DNA from: Chiloscyllium plagiosum
Lineage: Eukaryota
Reading direction: 5' to 3'
Assembly: GCF_004010195.1 (NCBI RefSeq)
Contig: NC_057719.1
Span: forward strand, 80,969,212 to 81,033,211
Length of the DNA stretch: 64,000 nt
Positions 40,540 to 53,394 of the stretch are shown piece after piece. Positions within the stretch are counted from its first letter, which is position 1. Every line of letters starts with the position of its first letter. The position numbers and the translations under genes are program-made. Below the pieces are notes generated by a model. The model did no database searches, had not been told where the DNA came from, and saw only the letters and a list, made by a program, of their open reading frames with translations.

Positions 40540-40665
40540 CAAAAGTGAGGACTGCAGATGCTGGAAACCAGAGTTTAGATTAGAATGGTGCTGGAAAAGC
40601 ACAGCAGGTCAGGCAGCATCTGAGGAGCTGGAAAATCAATGTTTTGGGCAAAAGCCCTTCATGAA
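40540..40665 (-). mobile_element. PLE terminal-repeat fragment (9184 family)
   Basis: gtgaggactgcagatgctgga...gcacagcaggtcaggcagcatc...gggcaaaagcccttcat. Similar fragments at ~42340-42430 and ~49380-49415. Confidence 0.75.
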
Positions 40666-40706
40666 GCTACTGGCTAAAATCAGGCCACTGAGTCAGCATC
40701 AGGAAA

Positions 40707-41260
40707 GTTTGTGCGAAGATTTGTAGCTCGGGTGCTCGTTGCTGTGGTTCTGTTCGCCGAGCTGGAAGTTTTTGTTGCAAACGTTTCGTCCCCTGGCTAG
40801 GTGACATCATCAGTGCTTGGGAGCCTCCTGCGAAGCGCTTCTTTGATGTTTCCTCCGGTGTTTATAGTGGTCTGTCCCTGCCGCTTCCGGTTGTCAGTTT
40901 CAGCTGTCCACTGTAGTGGCTTAATAGCCACACACGCAGACAACAAGCAACATGAATTCGACTGGGACAACACTACTATCATAGGGCAAGCCAGACAGAG
41001 AACAGCCAGGGAATTCCTAGAGGCATGGCATTCATCCACAAACTCCATCAACAAACACATCGACCTGGACCCAATATACCAACCACTACAGCGGACAGCT
41101 GAAACTGACAACCGGAAGCGGCAGGGACAGACCACTATAAACACCGGAGGAAACATCAAAGAAGCGCTTTGCAGGAGGCTCCCAAGCACTGATGATGTCG
41201 CCTAGCCAGGGGACGAAACGTTTGCAACAAAAACTTCCAGCTTGGCGAACAGAACCACAA
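40707..41260. mobile_element. Penelope-like element with inverted pLTR arms (~180-bp inverted repeat)
   Basis: Arms ~40741-40919 and ~41083-41264; TSD CAGCATCAGGAAA (40694-40706 and 41261-41273); related to 39435-40316. Confidence 0.92.
41186..41225 (+). ncRNA. Minimal hammerhead ribozyme (mirror copy at 40777-40816, minus strand)
   Basis: GCA-CUGAUGA-U-GUC(GCCUAGCCAGGG)GAC-GAAAC-GUU-UGC. Confidence 0.72.
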
Positions 41261-41500
41261 CAGCATCAGGAAATTTGCATCACCCATTTAACTGATGTTA
41301 ATTATATGATGATTTCACACATTGGGAGATGAAAAACTCACCTGTCAGTCAGCTTGGCAAAACAGTGGAGCTAGACTCAGGAATACATACTAAACAATAT
41401 TTCAATAGCTGCTTTTGAGCAGTAGAGCAGTGGAAATGAAAATTAATTTGTAACAACATGGGATAGAGTCCTCTTTCTCTCTGTCTGCTTCTCTCATGAT

Positions 41501-41570
41501 CTTACAGTGCCTGGTGAAAAAACAATGAGAGACAACTTACAGTGCCTGGTGAAAAAACAATGAGAGACAA
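41501..41570 (+). repeat. Perfect 35-bp tandem duplication
   Basis: CTTACAGTGCCTGGTGAAAAAACAATGAGAGACAA x2. Confidence 0.9.
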
Positions 41571-41871
41571 CAATTCACTGACAACTTAAAGATATCTACA
41601 GAGTCCGCTGTTTCTGAGGTTACAAATCAACGATTAAACAGCTGCAGTCTCGGGTTAAGAATCTAACATCTCAAGGACTTCACTTAACTGTGCAAGCTTC
41701 AAACTCCCTGTCTGTACTAAACAATCTCCCTTTTAAACTTACTACCTGTGTTTGCATGTTTGATGTCCTATAATTATTTTTTTCTCTGGGTTAGTTTGTA
41801 ATAAAATTCCTCTTTCTTTCACATAAACCCCTGAAAATTGCCTAATTCTAGTTAACCAACTTTCAGTGAAA

Positions 41872-42215
41872 CATAGAATCCTGGATAATAGCAGGAGGAG
41901 GCTATTTGGCGCTTTCTGCTCACTCTACCATTCGGTATGATCACAGTCGATCATCCAAGTCAGCACCCTGTTCCTGCTTTTGTTCCATACCCATTGATCT
42001 GTTTAGCCCTACAAACTGTATCTATCTGCCTCCTGAAAACATTTAATGTTTTGACATCGGCCACATTCTGTAACAGAGAATTCCATAGGCTGTCTGACTG
42101 AAGATATGTCTCTTCACCTCAGTCCTAAATGGCATACCCCATATCCTTAGACTGTGACCCCTGGTTCTAGACTCACTGGTTGGTGAGAACATCCTTCCTG
42201 TGTTTACCCCGACTT
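41872..42215 (-). mobile_element. CR1 3' end
   Basis: Resembles 2200-2490 and 53395-53650. Confidence 0.75.
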
Positions 42216-44349
42216 GTATGATAGCTGTGTGCTGAAATCAAACAACAGCTAACTGAAAGGGGGTTAAAAAGCGGGGAGCCAATTCCTTCTATCCACCTGG
42301 TTAGAACACAATGCATTTCCTCGAGATGTAAGGAGGCCAAGGTGAGGACTGCAGATGCTGGAGATTAGAGTCGAGAGCGTGGGGCTGAAAAAGCACAGCA
42401 GGTCAGGCAGCATCTGAGGAGCAGGAGAGTAGCGAGGTCAGGATACAGCTGAGGCACAGTGCTCTGGTTCACTTTAAGTGATTGTTCCAGATTCTCAGGT
42501 GTGGAAACTGTAATGAGTCCTGGGAATGGAATGGTAGGTTTAGTAGAGCTCTCTACCCTTGGCTTTAATAACTTCACTTTATTACTGTTGCTTTCATTTC
42601 CCATCACTTCCCACCAAGCATTACATTACAGAAAGGAAGCAAGACAAATGAAGAAAAATGTATTAGTTCCAAGGCACTAAAACAAAGTTGCATAATGCAA
42701 GCCAGCAAAAACTAAATCAGCAAAATCTGAATCATCAGACCAGATACATAACCTGTTAGCAGTGTCATTTATTGATTTATCATTGTTTTGTCTCTTGCAG
42801 GAGCACTTCCTTGGGATATGTTTCACGAGTCCATGAGTATCAGATGCAAACAAACGCTGTTTCTTTATCTCCTTGGCCTTGCAGCAGTGGAGTGGAGCAG
42901 AAAATTACAGTCACGGAATGCTTAAAAGTGGCTTCAGTGAAAGTAAGATGACAAAACACACTGACAACAAGCTTAAAAGAAAACCAAAGCTGGCATGAAT
43001 TCAAATCCAATTTTTCTTGCTTTACACGTTAAGAGGCTTGTATAAATCTCCCGTATCCAGAATAAAGAGTAGGTCCTTGAAGCAGACTTTTGGATGGTGG
43101 ACAAGTTGCACTTCATTTTCGTCCTTCGATATTTTCAAAGGTGCCAAAGAATGATGACAAGCTCAGTTATGAATATGAATACAGAAGCAAATACAGAATA
43201 TGAATACAGAAGTTATGAATATGAATACGAATTTTGCAGATGACAGAAGCAAACAGTGAATAGTGACCAGAATGTGAGATCTAGCGAGCCACCAAATGCA
43301 CGGCCCCCAGCCCAAATCTCAGAAAAACTATTATACTGTTTCCTTACTTCAGTTAAAAAACCGGCTTTGCGTAGGGTATTGTTTTGTTATGTGCTGTGAG
43401 CTAATGCTGCTCCCTACACATTGGGATACTGATCTGGTGTTTCTCTGAGTTGTGGACACCTGGACAAACGCTGTCTCTATGGCTGCTCCTTATCACGCAG
43501 CGTGGCTCCTTACATACTGTAATCTCCCTTCTTCACACCTGTGTGCAGTAGTTCTGACATACAGCTCTCTACTGCAGTGTCTAAGTCCTCTGGCTTCACC
43601 TGCTTATTCTCAACTGATAGCACCTGAGCTCACACATGGTGCTTTACAAGAATCTCATTACAGCACATCAGAAGGAAAGTGGTCATTGTCTCCACAAGGA
43701 CTATACAGAGGCCACTCTGAATGATACTGACTTGGATGGACACATTGGCGGCAGGTAGATTGGTGATGGCAAGGTCAAATAGGTTGATCCCTCTTGTTGG
43801 TTTACTTACTGCCAGCTCCAAGCCCTGTCTGGTGGTTACGTCCTGTTAGATTTGGCCAGCTCCATCAGTAGTGGTACTGCCGAACTAGTCTTGGCGATGG
43901 GAACCTGTGTTCAAAACACACAGGAGAGGTGGTGGAATCTACCAGCAGCAAATACGGTCGAGAAACAGTTTGTGACTGGAGGTGTAGTGAACATGGTAAA
44001 TAAAGAAAAGAGAGCAAGCCACCTTTCACCATCTGGGCAATGAGGAGTGAGTGGAGAAGCCTTGAGCCTCCAATAATGAGAAGTCTTTCGTTGCTGGACA
44101 GGGTAGAAGCTTTGGGGCAGGGAAACTGTGAGCTACCATTGGGAGCAGCTGTTGGGATTTTGACTGACAGCAGGAGAATGTAACAGCTACAAGGCAAGGG
44201 CGAAGATTGCCAGGAGAAGGAAGGGGGAGTGGCTATAAGGGAGGGGTCGAGGGTCAGGCTGCAAAGGGGTCAGAGAGAGAAGCTGAAAAGTGGTATGATT
44301 AAAAGAATGCACAGCTAATACACAGGCAGTAAAACTTAAAATTACTTAA

Positions 44350-44520
44350 GAGTCATCGAGTCAGAGATACACAGCTTGGAAACAGACCCTTCGGACCAAC
44401 TCGTCTATGCTGACCAGATATCTGAACCTAATCTAGTCCCTTTGCCAGCACTTAGCCCATATCCCCTAAACCCTTCCTATTCATATACCCATCCAAATGC
44501 CTTTTAAATTTGCATTGTAT
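44350..44520 (-). mobile_element. CR1 3' UTR fragment
   Basis: gaaacagacccttcgg...cccttcctattcatatacccatcc. Confidence 0.82.
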
Positions 44521-44894
44521 CTTCCAGCTTTATTCACAAATGATGGAGAGTAGCAGCAATAACTTCAAAAGTCAGTGGAAAGTAGGTTCAGGGTGATGGT
44601 TTTTTTGAGCATAGATGTGTATTTTAAAAATTAAACCTTATTGCTAACTTATGCTTGTGGTCTCATGCAATTTATATAGTGTCTCAGAAACTAACGCTCT
44701 CCTTGTGTTAAATTTAATAAAGGTTTGATGGTTATTGAAAATATTGACAAATTGAGTCCAAATATCCCATATAGCTATACAAATACAGAAGAGATCATTA
44801 ACACTTGACTGACTTAACTTACAAATAAATTTGTGAGAATGGAAAAGGAGACACTGAAAACCAAAAGGTAGCCCTTGACAGTGTCTCGAGAGGA

Positions 44895-47166
44895 TTACCT
44901 ACTAAAGAAGGTGCAAAACTTGACCTACTCTTGGGAAAAAAGACAAGGCAGGTGACTGAGATGTCAGTGGGGGAGCACTTTGGGGCCAGTGACATTAATT
45001 CTAATAGTTTTAAAATAACGACGGAAAAGGATAGACCAGATCTAAAAGTTTAAGTTCTAAATTGGAGGAAGGCTAATTTTGATGGTATTAGGCAAGAACT
45101 TTTGGAAGCTAATTGGGGGCAGATGTTCGCAGGTAAAGGGACAACTGGAAAATGGGAAGCCTTCAGAAATGAGATAACGGGAGTCCAGAGACAACTTATT
45201 CCTGCTAGGGTGAAAGGGAAGGCTGGTAGGTGTAGGGAATGCTGGATGACTAGAGAAATTGAGGATTCGGTTAAGAAAACGAAGGAATATGTCAGGTATA
45301 GACAGGATAGATCGAGTGAATCCTTAGAAGAGTAGAAAGGCAGTAAGAGTGTACTTAAGAGAGAAATCAGGAGGGCAAACAGGGGACAATGAGATAGCTT
45401 TGGCAAATAGAGTTAAGGAGAATCCAAAAGGTTTTTACTAATACTTTAAGGGCAAAAGGGTAACTAGGGAGAGAATAGGGCCCCTCATAGATCAGCAAGG
45501 CGGTCTTTGTGTGGAGTCAAAGGAGATGGGGGAGATACTAAATGAGTATTTTGCATTTCGCAGGTAAAGGGACAACTCGAAAATGGGAAGCCTTCAGAAA
45601 TGAGATAACGGGAGTCCAGAGACAGCTTATTCCTGCTAGGGTGAAAGGGAAGGCTGGTAGGTGTAGGGAATGCTGGATGACTGGAGAAATTGAGGATTCG
45701 GTTAAGAAAACGAAGGAATATGTCAGGTATAGACAGGATAGATCGAGTGAATCCTTAGAAGAGTAGAAAGGCATTAAGAGTGTACTTAAGAGAGAAATCA
45801 GGAGGGCAAACAGGGGACATGAGATAGCTTTGGCAAATAGGGTTAAGGAGAATCCAAAAGGTTTTTACTAATACTTTAAGTGCAAAAGGGTAACTAGGGA
45901 GAGGATACGACCCCTCATAGGTCAGCAAGGCAGCCTTTGTGTGGAGTCAAAGGAGATGGGGGAGATACTAAATGAGTATTTTGCATAAATATTTACTGTG
46001 GAAAAGAATATGGAAGAAATGGAATGTGGCGAGATAGATGGTGACATCTTGAAAAATGTCCATATTACAGAGAAGGAAATGCTGGATATCTTGTAATGCA
46101 TAAAAGTGGATAAATCCCCAGGACCTGATTGGATATACCCTAGAACTCTGTGGGAAGCTAGGGTATTGATTGCTGGGCCCCTTGCTGAGATATTTGTATC
46201 ATGGATAGTCACTGGTGAGGTTCTGGCAGACTGGAGGTTGGCTAACGTGGTACCATTATTTAAGAAAGGTGGTAAGGACAAGCCAGGGAACTATAGACTC
46301 GTGAGCCTGACCTTGGCAGTGGGCAAATTGTTGGAGGGAATCCTGAGAGACAGGATTTAGACATATTTGGAAAGGTAAGGACTGATTAGGGATAGCCAAC
46401 ATGGCTTTGTGCATGGGCAATCATGTCTCACAAACTAGATTAATTTTTTGAAAAAGTAGCAAAGAAGATTGATGAAGGCAGATCAGTAGATGTGATCTAT
46501 ATGGACTGAGGTAAGGCACTTGACAAGGTTCCTCGTGGGAGACTGGTTAGCAAGGTTAGATCTCATGGAATGCAGGGAGAACTAGCCATTTGGATACAGA
46601 ACTGGCTCAAAAGGTAGAAGACAGAGGGTAGTGGTGGAGGATTGTGTTTCAGACTGGAAACCTGTGACCAGTGGAGTGCCACAAGGATCGGCGCTGGGTC
46701 CACTATTTCTCGTCATTTATATAAATGATTTGAATATGAACATTGGAGGCATAGTTAATAAGTTTGCCGATGACACCAAAATTGGAGGTGTAGTGGACAG
46801 TGAAGAAGGTTACCTCAGATTACAACAGGATCTTGATCAGATGGGCCAATGGGCTGAGAAGTGGCAGATGGAGTTTAATTCAGATAAATGCAAGGTGCTG
46901 TATTTTGGAAAAGCAAATCAGAGCAGGACTTATACACTTAATGGTAAGGTCCTAGGGAATGTTGCTGAACAAAGAGACCTTGGAGTGCAGGTTCATAGCT
47001 CCATGAAAGTAGAGTCACAGGCAGATAGGATAGTGAAGAAGGCGTTTGGTATGCTTTCCTTTATTGGGCAGGGCGTTGTGTAAAGGAGTTGGGAGGTCAT
47101 GTTGCAGACGTTGGTTAGGCCACTGTAGGAATAGTGCATGCAATTCTGGTCTCCTTCCTAACAGAA
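44895..47166 (+). mobile_element. CR1 ORF2 (RT) fragment with a 431-bp internal tandem duplication; runs into a gap
   Basis: PGNYRLVSLT, VPQGSALGPLF and KFADDTK motifs; repeat units 45126-45556 and 45557-45986. Confidence 0.93.
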
Positions 47167-47666
47167 NNNNNNNNNNNNNNNNNNNNNNNNNNNNNNNNNN
47201 NNNNNNNNNNNNNNNNNNNNNNNNNNNNNNNNNNNNNNNNNNNNNNNNNNNNNNNNNNNNNNNNNNNNNNNNNNNNNNNNNNNNNNNNNNNNNNNNNNNN
47301 NNNNNNNNNNNNNNNNNNNNNNNNNNNNNNNNNNNNNNNNNNNNNNNNNNNNNNNNNNNNNNNNNNNNNNNNNNNNNNNNNNNNNNNNNNNNNNNNNNNN
47401 NNNNNNNNNNNNNNNNNNNNNNNNNNNNNNNNNNNNNNNNNNNNNNNNNNNNNNNNNNNNNNNNNNNNNNNNNNNNNNNNNNNNNNNNNNNNNNNNNNNN
47501 NNNNNNNNNNNNNNNNNNNNNNNNNNNNNNNNNNNNNNNNNNNNNNNNNNNNNNNNNNNNNNNNNNNNNNNNNNNNNNNNNNNNNNNNNNNNNNNNNNNN
47601 NNNNNNNNNNNNNNNNNNNNNNNNNNNNNNNNNNNNNNNNNNNNNNNNNNNNNNNNNNNNNNNNNN

Positions 47667-48080
47667 ATCTGTTTCAATAAGGTCACCTCTCGTTCTTCTC
47701 AACTCCAATGAATCTCAGCTCAACCGTCAAACCTTTTCTCATTAACCAAGCCCTTCATCTCAGGAATCAGTTTAAGTGAACCCTCTCTGTTCAGCTTCTA
47801 ATGTAATTACATCCTTTAAATTGGAAGACTAAAATTTTACACAGTACTCCAGATGTGACCTCCCTAATGCTCTGTACAAATAACAAAATTTCATAATTTT
47901 ATGTTCCATTCCCTTTGCAACAAATGACATTTTGCTTCCTAATCATTTGCTGTAGATTAATGATAGGAGATTCATGAGCCAGGACACCTCTGTACTCAGA
48001 GTTCTGCAACCTCTTTCCATTCAAATATTTTGCTGCTCTTCTATTCCTCCTGCTGAAGTTCCCATTTTCCCAGACTATAC
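47667..48080 (-). mobile_element. Degraded CR1 fragment
   Basis: ELRRTRGDLIET motif. Confidence 0.7.
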
Positions 48081-49129
48081 TCCCTCCCTAATTCATGATC
48101 GCTGAAATCTGCCACCTTACGTACCAGGCATTCAGCTTAGTGCAGAACAAGGATGGCACCACCTGCAACTGTGAAATTGGCACTGACCCTGGATACATTT
48201 GCTTTGAGATATTTCCAGGCAATATCTTGAATATCTCTCAGTGTTCTATCCACTGCTGCACAACAGAGGTGACTGAGACTCTCAATAACAGGACAGAGAA
48301 ATACATTGTGCTTTCTCTGACCAGGGAGAAACAGGTGGAGTTTATTTATAGCTTTACCAGGATAGTAGGGTTTACTATAGAGCAAGATGCCATTGTCCGC
48401 ACATGTGTCTTTGCACGCACTGTATTAAAATAAACTACTAGTCATCTCAAAACACTGAAATGTAGTCATTGTAGTAATTTAGGAAATAAAGTGGTACATT
48501 TGTGTGTGGTTAGCTCCTATAGATGACAATGTGATATTTACCAGAACAAGAACTTTGATCTTCAAACTAGTGTTATGGAAAGGCTTATATCCACTTGAAT
48601 ATATTCAATGACTGCACTGCTCTCTTTGGAAGACAATTCAAAAGATTAATGACTACTTGTTTCAAATTGCCACCACCTCGCCCCCCCCCCCCCCCCCTCC
48701 AAAGTTGTAGATTCTCCCTTAAGGGTCAATCCTCTATATCTATCCTGTCAAGCCCAGTTTGATTCTTTATCATTCAATAAAATCACATGTTCTTCTAAAT
48801 ACCAGTGAGTATAGGCCCAATATGCTCAGCATGTCCACATCAGACAACTCCTTCTTTCAAAGCATCACTTAGCAAAATTTCTCTGAACTTCCTCCAATGC
48901 AAGTATATTCCTCCGTAGATATAGAGACCAGAGTTGTATGCAGTACTTCAGGTGTGGTCTCATCAAGACTTTCCTCTTGTTACACTGGACTTGCCTTGCA
49001 ATGAAGACCAAAGGCTGAAACTTATGTTTTTTTTTGGTAAAGTGCGAGTTGCTTCAGATTTTGGGAGCGATTCTTGCCATGAGGCCCAGCAATGTTCCTT
49101 ACTGTAAGTCACCAAACTCATCTCATTAA

Positions 49130-49378
49130 TCTGTGGTTAGCATTGGTGCCTCACAGCGTCAGGGACCGGGATTAGATTCCTACCTCGGGTGACTGTCTGT
49201 GTGGAGTTTGCACGTCCTCCCAGTGTCTGGATGGATTTCCTCCGGCTGCTCCGGTTTCCTCCCACAGTCTAAAGATGCGCAGGTCAGGGTGGATTAGCCA
49301 CAGAGGAATGCAGGGTTATAGGGTTGGGGAGTGGGTCTAGGTGGGATGCTCTTCGGATACTTGGACTCAATGGGTCGA
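49130..49378 (+). mobile_element. HE1-type SINE
   Basis: gtggttagcattggtgcctcacagcg head and V-domain. Confidence 0.82.
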
Positions 49379-51681
49379 ATAGGAGAAAGTGAGGACCGCA
49401 GATACTGGAGATTAGAGTTTTTACTTTACAATGCATCCTGTTACACAAGATGCTTACATTGGCAATATGTATTGTGTAATGCAAGCAAATATGTTGTCAA
49501 TGAATAGAGTCCCACTCATGAATCACTGTGTAAATGCACCAATCAGATGGCATCAGATGTGTCAGGATTAGATCATTAGGCTATGCTGAGTTAGCCCCTC
49601 TGATTCGAATAGCAATGAGTGGCTTTAACAGCTGTTGGAAGGGTGAATTCAAGTTGCAAGGATGCTCATTCTGATGGCAATCTAGTGAGGTCTGTCAGAA
49701 TGTGCATGGCATGTCAAGCAAGATCACAATAGCTATAATCCAATCGATACACAGCGCAGCTCTCAGTTAACTGAAACACACCATTTAAAGTCAAGTGTCA
49801 GGTGACTGCTACACTCGACATAAGGAAAGAAGTTATTAAAGTATTGTATGTAGTTCAGAGCCAAGATGATTCATTGTTAAGTAGAAAACAGATCTACAAC
49901 TTCCAATCTATGAAGTGTAAGGGGGATGCACAAAGATGATGCTTGCTCTTAACATGATCCCACGCGGGGGGCTGTTGCATTGTAGCTAGCACAAGGTTCA
50001 GTCTGACCAGAAAACTCTCCTGTTCTTAGAACTGCAAAAGATGTTTTGGAAGACGTTAAAGGATGCTGGTCAACTTGTTTGGTTGCGTTATTATGTACCT
50101 TTTATGGCCATCAGGTTCTGAGGTGAGATTTGAACTTGAATCTTCTGAGCCACAGGTAAGGACACTACCACTGTAACACATGATCTCCTATATCTATAAG
50201 AGAGAGAAATTGGGAAGGCAAGTGTAAAGAATTTAGGAAGAATGTCAACAATTACTTAGCTAACTTGGGAAGCTGAAAGAGCTTATTGTATTGCTTTAGA
50301 GTCAGAGGCCAAATCTGTGTGTTTGTTCACCCGTTCACTCATTTTAGCATACAGGTGAAGCAAAGATGCAAACCAATGCTGCAAAAAGGAGTGGTCTCAC
50401 TTGTGAGAAAACTACAAGTCGGTGTTCAGATAAAGTTACATTACCAAAACAAATGGATTAATATGTCTGCATTAATATGTCTCTCAGCTGAACAAAGCTG
50501 TTCAAAGGGAGATTCATCTAGTGGTCCTTGCAGATGAGAGTCTAGTGAAGATAGGTCAATTTTCCCCAAACTAGATATGAATTATGGCTTTCGATCTTTC
50601 AGATGAAGAATCCAAATCCCCAAAACTTCTTCACTTCATTTAGGAGGTTTTTTTTAATTGACTACCTTCTTGAATCACACCAACGATTATTGAGCAGAGG
50701 ATGCCACGTACTATACTCTTAAAGTGGACAGAAGGTAATCTGCCAGAGAGATATAACTTACTTTATTATTCCACTACAACAGAGTGGGATGCCAGAGGGA
50801 GAGTACTGTTGCAACGCTTCCAAGAATCAAGGTTTTGCCTCAGTAACAAATGGGTTCGCCATTCAATGTTTAGGGAACATTGTGAATGGATAGGAATCAG
50901 AGCTGTTTGTCAGTAAACCAAAGCAATTGAAGAATTTCCATCTCCTCCCAATTTCACAGAGATTTATGGGAATGTGCCACATGTGGGGCATCCTTACTCA
51001 ACTCAGTACATGTGAGTCTGTGTCTGTTGCTAAGCCAAGACCAAGCACAAGTGTTGGGAAGACACCAACAAGTCTTACTCGATAGGATATGAGAATTGCA
51101 CTGGATGTAGTGGCTAATTGTAATCCAGAACTGCCTGTGGATGCTGCTGTAGATGCAACATTAACGCACTGGGACATACAATTTCCCAGATTTTCCAACG
51201 AGATGATAAACATAGATTAGTGTATTCCCATCTCATTCTTTGACTAGAAGAGAGGAAGATACAGTGCAACTGAAAAGGAGCTACTGAGTAGATGTGCGAG
51301 ACCACAATGAGCCATTGAATCCAGTCAAACTAGAGATTCCCCTTATAAAGTAATTCTATTTTTGTGGATAGTTACCAAGAAAAATAATTAATCTATTAAA
51401 AACTTAGTTTAACGCCTGGGTAACTATTAAAACCATTCCCCAGCCACCTCTCCAATTTATCTCCAACCCCAGCAGGCTCCAAATTCCGCACCCATCTCTT
51501 CACCAGCAGCCACAACATCTTCACCAACCCCCACGCACCCAAGCCCACACTTACCTGACGTATCTACCCTTTCACAGCAGATGTAAAAGTGTCTGGCAGC
51601 GCTGCTGGGCGTTTAAATCTCAGAACATGGCACAATGACCGCAGACACATTTTGACTTCCCTCAACTATCCCACACCATGA

Positions 51682-51872
51682 GGCGGTGTTGGACTGGGGT
51701 GGACAAAGTCAGAGGTCACACGACACCAAGTTACAGTTCAACAGGTTTATTTGAAATCACAAGCTTTTGGAGCGCTGCTCCTTCACCTGACGATGGAGCA
51801 GTGCCCTGAAAGCTTGTGATTTCAAATAAAGCTGTTGGATTATAACACAGTGCCATGTGACTTCTGACTTTA
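51682..51872. mobile_element. Palindromic PLE-derived element with HHR at the apex (26240-related family)
   Basis: tttatttgaaatcacaagcttt inverted to aaagcttgtgatttcaaataaa; CAC-CTGACGA...GAAAG-CTT-GTG at 51784-51818. Confidence 0.78.
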
Positions 51873-53394
51873 TCCTGCTCTACAGATAGCACCACGTTTC
51901 TGAAGGAGTGGGTATCGGAATTCCTGGATAAAAATTGTGGAGCTTGGTACTAATGTGAAAAAAAAACTAGTGAGAAAGACAATGATTGTCACTTCTCAGA
52001 CTATCTGAATTTATAGCCCTTTTTCAAATAAGAACACTGTACTGTACAATATAGCACACTACACAGTACATCAGCTATGGTCTTACAAATGCCCTGTACA
52101 TTCTCAGTGAAATGGTGTGACTTTTATATTCCACACTCCCAGCAATAAACACCAACAATTCATTTGCCTTCCTTGCTGCAAGTGCACTCTAACTCTTTGT
52201 GATTCACGTACTTGGGCATCTGGATCCCTCTGTGCCACCCAGTTCTACGATCTCTTCCCATTTAAACAACAGATTAATGTTCACTTCTCCCTGAGTGAGA
52301 AGAGATTACTTTATTTTCAGAAAGTTAAACAGGAAATACTTTGTCACCAGAAATAGTAAACAATTGCATTATTTAAGAGAAAAATACTAAGTATTTGTGA
52401 TTATTTGAAGCAAGGACTGAATACAGACCTTTCATGTTTCAACTTCAACAGACTGGCAGGTTTATTATTTCTATATTAGAGGAACCACTGTTCAAGCAGG
52501 CAGCATATAACTTATGAATATCAGTCCTACGTGGATGTATTTATTGGAATATACAGATGCAAAAGACGATTGGAAACTGGATTTGTAACAACACTGAACA
52601 AAGAATCATGCTTTGTTATTATGATAAATTGTCTTTAAAACTAACATTTTATGGAAGCAAATGATGAACTTTGGGTGTAGAGTGCTTGCCTTGCCACATT
52701 GTGCAGCAGTCAGAAGGTTAGGGGCTCCAGTCCCACTCCAGAGCTTGAACATATGCATAGACTGATGCCCCAACTCTACCACTTAGAGAACGCTGCAGTG
52801 TAGGAAGTGCTGTCTTTCAGAAGAGACGTTAAACTGAGGTGACATCTGTCCTCTCTGGTGGCAGCTAATGATTCCCCGGAATTATTTTGAAGAGAATCTG
52901 GAGAGTTTCTAGCCTTGTTTGTGGCTGAGTTATAACAACCGACTGCTTTGCTTTGTAGATAGACCCATATGCGCAAAGTGCAATTGTTTAAAGAGGCAAA
53001 CATGATATTTTGAGCAGCCATGGAGTCCTGAGTTTGCCTGTGAAAGAAATATATCACCTTTACTCCCCATTCTTTACCAACAGCCCCACAAATATTTCCT
53101 TTTCAGCTATTACCCAATTCACATTCAGATCTTCCTATCCAATCTGTTTCAACCGTCCGATCAGCCAGTGAATTCCAGGACTTAATCACTTTGTAAAAGT
53201 AATCTTCATTAGTCACCAACATGTTTTTGCTATTTGTCTAAAAGCTCTGTGTTACCAAGCTTCTTGTCAATGGGAACAACTTCTCCATATTTACACTATC
53301 AAAACTGGACCGATAAATTAAATCTCCCCCTAGTCTTTTATTGTTGCACGGACAACAATCTCAGTCTGCCCACGCAATCTACTTGGGACATCAA

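Noticed and set aside
40797..41205. Two mirror-image ORFs of 130 and 134 aa on opposite strands
   Set aside because: Artefact of the inverted pLTR arms of a Penelope element, not genes.
41501..41570. 35-bp direct repeat of CRISPR-like length (also the 11-bp array at 4367 and the imperfect array at ~43165-43230)
   Set aside because: No spacers and eukaryotic context; simple tandem duplications.
47015..47745. Long ORFs containing X runs (also 15456-16170)
   Set aside because: They read through assembly N gaps within CR1 sequence.
48095..48433. Overlapping 112-aa (+) and 82-aa (-) ORFs in unique sequence
   Set aside because: No recognisable domain or convincing exon frame; consistent with chance.
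51548..51660. Perfect minus-strand donor CAG|GTAAGT with an upstream ATG
   Set aside because: In-frame stop before the donor and no GALNT16-like peptide; probably an old repeat, although a non-coding exon cannot be excluded.
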